Below, in pieces: positions 53,902-64,000 of a stretch of 64,000 nt of DNA. The translations under genes were made by a program, and so were the position numbers. A model generated the notes under the pieces. It was not told where the DNA came from and did not search any database. It was given only the letters and a program-made list of their open reading frames with translations. Position 1 is the stretch's first letter; every line of letters starts with the position of its first letter. The stretch comes from Eledone cirrhosa (taxonomy: Eukaryota), in assembly GCA_964016885.1 (NCBI GenBank), contig OZ024744.1, positions 80,476,001 to 80,540,000 on the forward strand, written 5' to 3'.

Positions 53902-55107
53902 TACAGATACATTGTAGGTCTCTTTAACCCGTCTTTTATTAATCAAAAAACTTCTTGCCAATAAACATTAACTCTTTGTGCGCCATTCATCTAACTGATG
54001 ACCAACAAATACCAAAAAACGGAGCGTTGACAAGAACGATGATGAATGAATCTTCGAGATAAGCAGTTTCCTCCCGAGCTGTTAGTTCATGCGGGATTCT
54101 CGGCTACACCTTTTCATAATAATACCTAACAACGTACTGCTGGTCACTCCTTCCTCCAAAAGCTGTACAAAGCATCTCTCTCTCTCATAAATATATATAT
54201 TATAAGAACAGATTAAAGTTTAAGCAAAGAATCGCTGCTTTCAACATTAACGGGATCTTCTGAAACTAAAAAATTTAATCTGCGAACGCAGAAGTAAATA
54301 TTTCGAGAAACGTTGCAACCGAAGGAAAACAGGAGATGATATTTTGGTTCATGAAGACGTTGCCTGGCAATGAATGGAAAAAAAAAGCAAGGATAATACG
54401 TCATTATGTGGACTGAGAAGAACAATTTCATGCAAAGACGAGACCAAGTTTATGGTATAAATGGAGTCGTTAGACTAATGTTCTATTTAAAATAACAGAA
54501 TGATTTCCAGCCCCGGAGTTTAAGAATGATGTAAATAAAATTGTAAACGAAAATGACAGAGGTTATTAAAATAGTAAAAGTAAATAGTGAAGATTTAGGC
54601 CAGTACATACGTATGCCCCGACGGACATACACATACATACGCACACACAAATAATACACACACACACACGAATGCATGTGCGTGTAAGCCTTATGTATTT
54701 CTACAGTATTTTCACCAAACTTAAGACATAGGTTACTTATCTACTCCAGATGGTCATGGGCACTTTCATTTTTCCAGATATTGATTATAGGGCCTCTCGG
54801 CATATAACCCCCTCAACCGCTTCCTTGGAGTCGACTGAAGCACTGCAGTGCAATGCAACAAAACGTCATAACTTCTGGAGTTCGCAACAAATTTTCACAA
54901 AACTTGACAGATGAGCTACATTTGTTCTACAGATGAACATGATTTGGCACATATTGAGTAGGGGACCCCTGGGGGTAAGAACCCCCTTTGGGAAAAAGCC
55001 GATGATTTTGTAAAAGTATAGTTTTCGAAGCAACACTGAAGTATTGACATAAATAGTATACATAACTGCTATTTAATACCCGAGCAACGCCGGGTACCTC
55101 TGCTAGT
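53449..55107 (+). mobile_element. Helitron-like 5' end (53449) and 3' end (55079-55107) with nested insertions
   Basis: ATCTATATATATAAAACTGATG...CCCGAGCAACGCCGGGTACCTCTGCTAGT. Confidence 0.55.
54200..54484 (-). mobile_element. single-arm copy of the family B element with hammerhead-like motif at 54217-54267
   Basis: Colinear with 49440-49725 and adjacent to (TA)n. Confidence 0.75.
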
Positions 55108-55219
55108 ATATATATATATAAGCAAAAGGGCAACAGGGATATTCAATTTGTTGGTAATTCAACAAATATAAATGTTTATAACTGATTCAAAGCACTCAAG
55201 AGGTTTTCTATATTCAATG

Positions 55220-55309
55220 ATATTAAATAAATGGAAACTATATTTATAAAACCATATTTATATAATAGAATAAATATGGTTTTATAAATAGTTTCCATTT
55301 ATTTAATAT
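55220..55309. repeat. mini fold-back next to a microsatellite
   Basis: TATTAAATAAATGGAAACTA..TTTATAAAACCATATTTAT / ATAAATATGGTTTTATAAATAGTTTCCATTTATTTAATA. Confidence 0.75.
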
Positions 55310-57869
55310 ATATGTATATATATATATTTATACATACATACACATATATATACATACATATACATATACACACATATATATACATACATATACATATACA
55401 CACATATATATACATACATATACATATACACACATATATATACATACATATACATATACACACATATATATATATACACATATATATATATACACACATA
55501 TATATATATACATACATATATATATACACACATATATATATATACATACATATACATACATACACATATATATATATACATACATATACATACATACATA
55601 TACACATATATACATATACACACATATATATATATATATACATACATATACACACATATATATATATATATACATACATATACACACATATATATATACA
55701 TACATATACACACATATATATATACATACATATACACACATATATATATACATACATATACACACATATATATATACATACATATACACACATATATATA
55801 TACATACATATACACATATATATATATATACATACATATACACATATATATATATATACATACATATACACATATATATATATATACACACATATATATA
55901 TATACATACATACATATACACACATATATACATACATACATATACACACATATATATATACATACATATACACACATATATATATACATACATATACACA
56001 CATATATATATATACATACATATACACACATATATATATATACACACATATATATATATACATACATATACACACATATATATATATACATACATATACA
56101 CACATATATATATATATACATACATATACACACATATATATATATATACATACATATACACACATATATATATATATACATACATATACACACATATATA
56201 TATATACATACATATACACACATATATATATATATACATACATATACACACATATATATATATACATACATATACACACATATATATATATACATACATA
56301 TACACACATATATATATATACATACATATACACACATATATATATATACATACATATACACACATATATATATATACATACATATACACACATATATATA
56401 TATACATACATATACACACATATATATATATACATACATATACACACATATATATATATACATACATATACACACATATATATATATACATACATATACA
56501 CACATATATATATATACATACATATACACACATATATATATATACATACATATACACACATATATATATATACATACATATACACACATATATATATATA
56601 CATACATATACACACATATATATATATACATACATATACACACATATATATATATACATACATATACACACATATATATATATACATACATATACACACA
56701 TATATATATATACATACATATACACACATATATATATATACATACATATACACACATATATATATATACATACATATACACACATATATATATATACATA
56801 CATATACACACATATATATATATACATACATATACACACATATATATATATACATACATATACACACATATATATATATACATACATATACACACATATA
56901 TATACATACATATACACACATATATATATATATACATACATATACACACATATATATATATACATACATATACACACATATATATATATACATACATATA
57001 CACACATATATATATATACATACATATACACACATATATATATATACATACATATACACACATATATATATACATACATATACACACATATATATATATA
57101 CATACATATACACACATATATATATATACATACATATACACACATATATATATACATACATATACACACATATATATATACATACATATACACACATATA
57201 TATATACATACATATACACACATATATATATACATACATATACACACATATATATATACATACATATACATATACATACATATACACATATATATATATA
57301 TATACATACATATACACATATATATATATATATATATACATACATATATATATATATATACATACATATACACATATATATATATATACATACATATACA
57401 TATATATATATACATACATATACATATATATATATACATACATATACATATATATATATACATACATATACATATATATATATACATACATATACATATA
57501 TATATATACATACATATACATATATATATATACATACATATACACATATATATATACATACATATACACATATATATATACATACATATACATATATATA
57601 TATACATACATATACACATATATATATACATACATATACACATATATATATATATATACATACATATACACATATATATATATATATATACATACATATA
57701 CACATATATATATATATATATACATACATATACACATATATATATATATATATACATACATATACACATATACATACATATATACATACATATACACATA
57801 TACATATACATACATATATATACATACATATACATACCTATATATACATATACATACATACATATACAT
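55310..57869. repeat. ~2.55 kb TA/CA array with a regular ~22-bp higher-order unit
   Basis: (CATACATATACACACATATATATATA)-like unit repeated dozens of times. Confidence 0.95.
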
Positions 57870-58114
57870 ATGATGGCTGCCCCCTCGTTATCGAGTATGG
57901 CCATTGCACGAGGAGAAAGAAAAAAAAAAAAAATAATAATAAAAAAAAAAATATAAATAAAAAAAAAAGATATATATATATATATACATATACACACACA
58001 CACATACATACATTAATAACAATAATAATAACGACAACAACAATAATAATATACATATATATATATACACACACGCACACACATAAGCATATCTACACAC
58101 ACACACGATAGCAA

Positions 58115-58420
58115 CTAACAGCGCTGCGATCGAATGTGGCTTTTTAGCCCAGCCAATGATCTAAAATGTCTTGCACAGAGTCGGCAACCAAAACATTCAC
58201 TGGGAATAGTCGGCTGTGGTTGGAGTTCACGTACTTTTGCATGTCGCTTGAGTCCTCCTGCTGATTTACATTCTCTACCACATGTTTGGCAAGCATGATG
58301 AGTAGCATCTCCAACAGCAGCCTGGTAGTCAACCACTGGTCTTACTTTATGACTGCGAAGATGACTTTCGAGTCCAGCTTTGCTTAGGCAGAGTCTCGCA
58401 CATACGCTGCATGTCAGCAC
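58115..58420 (-). mobile_element. RTE-type ORF C-terminus with three C2H2-like zinc fingers; 3' tail displaced to 57870-57911
   Basis: [61 protein letters not shown]. Confidence 0.6.
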
Positions 58421-58567
58421 CATATACATACATACATATACACATATATATACATATACATACATACATATATACATACATACATACATACATATATATA
58501 TATATATACATACATATATATATACATACATATATACATATATATATATATACATACATATATACAT

Positions 58568-58603
<36 letters not shown>

Positions 58604-58657
58604 ATACATACATACATGTATATATATACATACATACATACTTATATATATATATAC

Positions 58658-58688
<31 letters not shown>

Positions 58689-59081
58689 CATATATATACA
58701 TATATATATATACATATATATACATATACATATATATACATATATATATATATACATATATATACATATATATATATATACATACATACATATATATATA
58801 CATATATATACATACATATATATATACATATATATACATACATATATATACACATATATATACATACATATATATATATATACACATATATATACATACA
58901 TATATATATATATACACATATATATACATACATATATATATATATACACATATATATACATACATATATATATATATACACATATATATACATACATATA
59001 TATATATATACACATATATATACATACATATATATATATATACATATATATACATACATATACATACATACATATACATAC

Positions 59082-59129
<48 letters not shown>

Positions 59130-59147
59130 ATACATACATATATATAC

Positions 59148-59184
<37 letters not shown>

Positions 59185-59209
59185 CATATATATACATACA
59201 TATATATAC

Positions 59210-59246
<37 letters not shown>

Positions 59247-59247
59247 C

Positions 59248-59278
<31 letters not shown>

Positions 59279-59858
59279 CATACATATATATACATACATA
59301 CATACATATATATACATATATATATATATACATATATATACATACATATATATATATATACATATATATACATACATATATATATATATACATACATACA
59401 TATATATACACATATATATACATACATACATATATATATATATACATATATATACATACATACATACATATATATATACATATATATACATACATACATA
59501 CATACATGTATATACATACATACATATATATACATACATACATATATATATATACATACATACATATATATATATACATACATACATATATATATATACA
59601 TACATACATACATACATATATATACATATATATATATACATACATACATATATATATATATATACATATATATACATACATACATATATATATATATATA
59701 CATATATATACATACATACATATATATATATATATACATATATATACATACATACATATATATACATACATACATATATATATACATATATATATATACA
59801 TATACACATATATACATATATATATACATATACACATATATATATATATATACATATA

Positions 59859-59892
<34 letters not shown>

Positions 59893-59975
59893 CACATATA
59901 TATATATATACATATACACATATATATATATATATATACATATACACATATATATATATATATATACATATACAC

Positions 59976-60006
<31 letters not shown>

Positions 60007-61061
60007 CACATATATATATATATATATACATATACACATACATATACACATATATATATATATATATATATACATATACACATATATATATATATATACA
60101 TATACACATATATATATATATATATACATATACACATATATATATATATATATACATATACACATATATATATACATATACACATATATATATATATATA
60201 TACATATACACATATATATATATATATACATATACACATATATATATATATATACATATACACATATATATATATATATATACATATACACATATATATA
60301 TATATATACATATACACATATATATATATATATATACATATACACATATATATATATATATATACATATACACATATATATATATATATATACATATACA
60401 CATATATATATATATATATACATATACACATATATATATATATATATATACATATACACATATATATATATATATACATATACACATATATATATATATA
60501 TACATATACACATATATATATACATATACACATATATATATATATATATACATATACACATATATATATATATATACATATACACATATATATATATATA
60601 TATACATATACACATATATATATATACATATACACATATATATATATACATATACACATATATATATATACATATACACATATATATATATATATATACA
60701 TATACACATATATATATATATATATATATACATATACACATATATATATATATATATATATACATATACACATATATATATATATATATATACATATACA
60801 CATATATATATATACATATACACATATATATATATATATATACATATACACGTATATATACATATACATACATACATACATACATACACATACATATATA
60901 TACATACATACATACACATATATACATACACATACATATATATACATACACATACATATATATACATACACATACATATATATACATACACATACATATA
61001 TATACATACACATACATATATATACATACACATACATATATATACATATATATACATATAT

Positions 61062-61092
<31 letters not shown>

Positions 61093-61513
61093 CATACATA
61101 TACATATACGTACATACATATATATATATACATATACATATACGTACATACATATACATATACGTACATACATATATATACATATATATACATATATACA
61201 TATATATATACATATATATACATATACATACATACACATATATATACATATACATACATATATATATATATATATACATATATATACATATATACATATA
61301 TACACATATATATATATATATACATATATATACATATATACATATATATACATATATACATATATATACATATACATACATACATACATATATATACATA
61401 TATATACATATACATACATACATACATATATATACATATATATACATATACATACATACATACATATATATATATATATACATATATATACATATACATA
61501 CATACATATACAT

Positions 61514-61554
<41 letters not shown>

Positions 61555-61563
61555 CATTCACAT
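58421..61563. repeat. ~3.1 kb TA/TACA microsatellite
   Basis: Directly visible. Confidence 0.95.
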
Positions 61564-61565
61564 AT

Positions 61566-61620
61566 AGAAATAGCTGTCGAAACGGCTTGAGCTCTGCCGT
61601 CAGGGTTCTGACTATTTTCC
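61566..61620 (+). mobile_element. 55-bp terminal remnant of Penelope family A (3' half of the hammerhead) in (TA)n
   Basis: AGAAATAGCTGTCGAAACGGCTTGAGCTCTGCCGTC matches 4257-4292. Confidence 0.8.
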
Positions 61621-61651
61621 TATATATATATACATTCTTATACATACATAC

Positions 61652-61995
61652 ATGATGGCTGCCCCCTCGTTATCGAGTATGGCCATTGCACGATATACCA
61701 TTATTAATAATTATCAATTAATGCTATCGTGCAATGACTGTGCGTGAAGATATTTTTTAAAGTGAGGAAAGACTGTGCACTGAGCCAATCCCACTCTCTG
61801 AGCAACAGTAGCTATAACCCGAAAAGAAAAGATCAATATCATCGGTAACTACTGAGCCGCAGGTTTTATATCGGAGTTATCCCAGTTTCCTGAGTTGCCT
61901 TCTCCTAGAAGAATGCTCTGACAAAGGTTAGGGGTGTCCTTCACTCCCAGTGGTTTAACCGTGCGATCGGGTATCCAGCCTGATTATTTCTATTT
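61652..61995 (-). mobile_element. non-autonomous RTE-derived element related to 45725-46160
   Basis: Shares CCTTCTCCTAGAA...GACAAAGG.TA.GGG, and has the same tail as 57870-57911. Confidence 0.55.
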
Positions 61996-63779
61996 CTAAA
62001 TATACATACATATATATATACATACATACCTATTTACATATATGTATGTATATATTTCTACTACACAAATATCTATAAACATTAGAAGTTTGAAAATATG
62101 TTAACCACAATATAGACAAAAATAGACATATATATATATATATATATTAAAAAAAAAAAACGAAGTTTTGTTTACATGTATTTCAATTTTTATTGTGTAT
62201 TGATTATTTTTTTTATATATACACTCAGCCTGTGCATAGAGTGCTTGTTTTGGTATCAACACCAGTAATTCACTGAATTACCTACAATATATATTATATA
62301 CACACACACATATATATATATATATACACACATACATATTTATGCATGCATATATATTTACACACACGTATACATATTTATGTATATGTGTGTGTAAATG
62401 CATACATATGTATGTATATATGTGTGTAAATACGTCACACACTGCTCTCTGAAAAATGTTTGTATCTGTAAGCCTTTTCCTCATGAGCTAAAGATAAGAA
62501 CATGTGTGTATATGTATGTGTATGTGTATATATATATATATATGTGTGTGTGTAATATATATATATATCTCATCATCATCACTTTTTATATTTTCTTTTC
62601 CGTGCCCCTAAGTGTTGGACTAGACATTTTTGAGGCAGCTTTTTCTACAGCCGGATGCCTTTATTGATGTTAGCCGATACTTCATTTTTAAGAATAGTCA
62701 AACTACTGAAAGATGTATAACTCATGCTTGACATGAACAAATGACAGTCTCTTTAACCCTTTACCATTTACATTACTCTATATTTACTCTTGTATTTTCA
62801 CAGTAAACACTTTATCTCACATAATATCGAATCTACGAGATTTTGAATTATCTATTTTGAGAACAATGCCTTAACATAAGTATGAGCAGTCGGTTATGGC
62901 AGTTTGAACAGGAAGAGGTGGGAGAATTCTGGCCGCATATGGCCAGTTTAAATATCCTTCTATGCTATGTGATCACCTATGGGCTGAGCCCTTCATCCTC
63001 AGGAGAATCTCTGTTTAGTGTATATTCAACTACCTACCCATTATCCCTATCATGACCATCATCATCATTATTACTCTCTCACACCTACACCTCTCTAATA
63101 CTATACAATCACCTTTTAACACTAACACACCCACTATCATTCTCACTACTACTACAACTACCACCACCACCACCACCACACTTTCACTTGTTATTATCAC
63201 TACCTCTTACCGACACCCCCATTCTCTCCCACTTAGAACTCCACCCACTCCCACACCATCACTAATTATAACTGACACACCCATTATATCAGTACCATCG
63301 CCTGCTATAAAATATCACTCTACGACCAACCCTCTACCACTACACCAAACTCCATTCTCAATGCCTGTGTGACCAGTGAAGGCATTGCATATAGATCTCT
63401 CCATATTCAGCACCTTCACCCTCTACTGTTAACCATCATTCTCTCCATAATACTCAGTCTTTGGTGATATTTACCTATCACCCATGCACATATATAATAA
63501 ATACCCTTCACTGCCAAATATCACTACCACCACCACCACCATCATCATCCTCACCTGTCACTAATCCCCATCACTCAATCTCGTACCAACAACCAGCATG
63601 TAGTTACCACCGTTCCTCCTACCCTACTAATCCTATTACTCTGTTTCTCCCTTTATACTCATTTCTTTCTGCTTCACAATCCTTAGCTGTCATCTACTAC
63701 TCCCACCATTTCACTTTGATGTTGCTCCATAGCATCAACTCATTCATAACATGACCCACACCTTTAGTGGTAGAATCTG

Positions 63780-64000
63780 AGAAGCTGAATACAACGTGGG
63801 TGATTAGAGGAACGAAAATGTCAAGTATGCGTGAGTGGAAATGGTATGAGTCTAGCAAGCCCTGAGGAGCAGAAATTATTATAGTATTAGTAATAAAAGA
63901 AGCAGAATGCAGTGAGAGCACATCTATAGGCAAATGGCAAAAGTGTGTTTATGAGTGACTTTTGTCTCTCTAGATGCAGTTTAGGATGTCAGTGTGAGCA
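63780..64000 (-). mobile_element. decayed CR1/L2-group LINE fragment
   Basis: The terminal 28 nt are the reverse complement of 5597-5624. Confidence 0.45.

Noticed and set aside
54055-54110. Minus-strand CCGAGAA-TCCCG...CGGGA-GGAAA motif
   Set aside because: Stem II is plausible, but the core and stems I and III do not fit.
63052-63754. Thr/Pro/His-rich ORFs
   Set aside because: Low-complexity C/A-rich sequence with no domain signal.

Overview
This is eukaryotic, AT-rich DNA saturated with repeats. I found no confident host protein-coding gene. The repeat inventory (tRNA-derived SINEs with RTE-type tails, RTE LINEs, kb-scale TA/TACA microsatellites) suggests an octopus or other cephalopod genome; this is inference. 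Recognisable elements are Penelope-like elements (GIY-YIG), a Helitron Pif1 helicase relic with non-autonomous Helitron ends, a decayed Ty3/Gypsy pol, a CRE-type RLE LINE fragment, several RTE LINEs (one with an uninterrupted ~1000-codon APE-RT-PHD frame), a CR1-group LINE, hAT and mariner MITEs, and SINEs. The main signal that the ORF track misses is RNA structure. Nine fold-back (inverted-repeat) elements of about 85 bp to 3.5 kb sit in or beside (TA)n tracts. By eye there are about 17 complete type-I hammerhead ribozyme motifs from at least 8 unrelated sequence families, usually mirrored on both arms. They include U3-A8 and U4A core variants and long stem II inserts. There is also a candidate HDV-like ribozyme split by a ~3 kb microsatellite. 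The very long Y/I/M/C/V/H/T-rich ORFs are microsatellite artefacts. All structures were derived by manual base-pairing, so coordinates are approximate to within a few nt.
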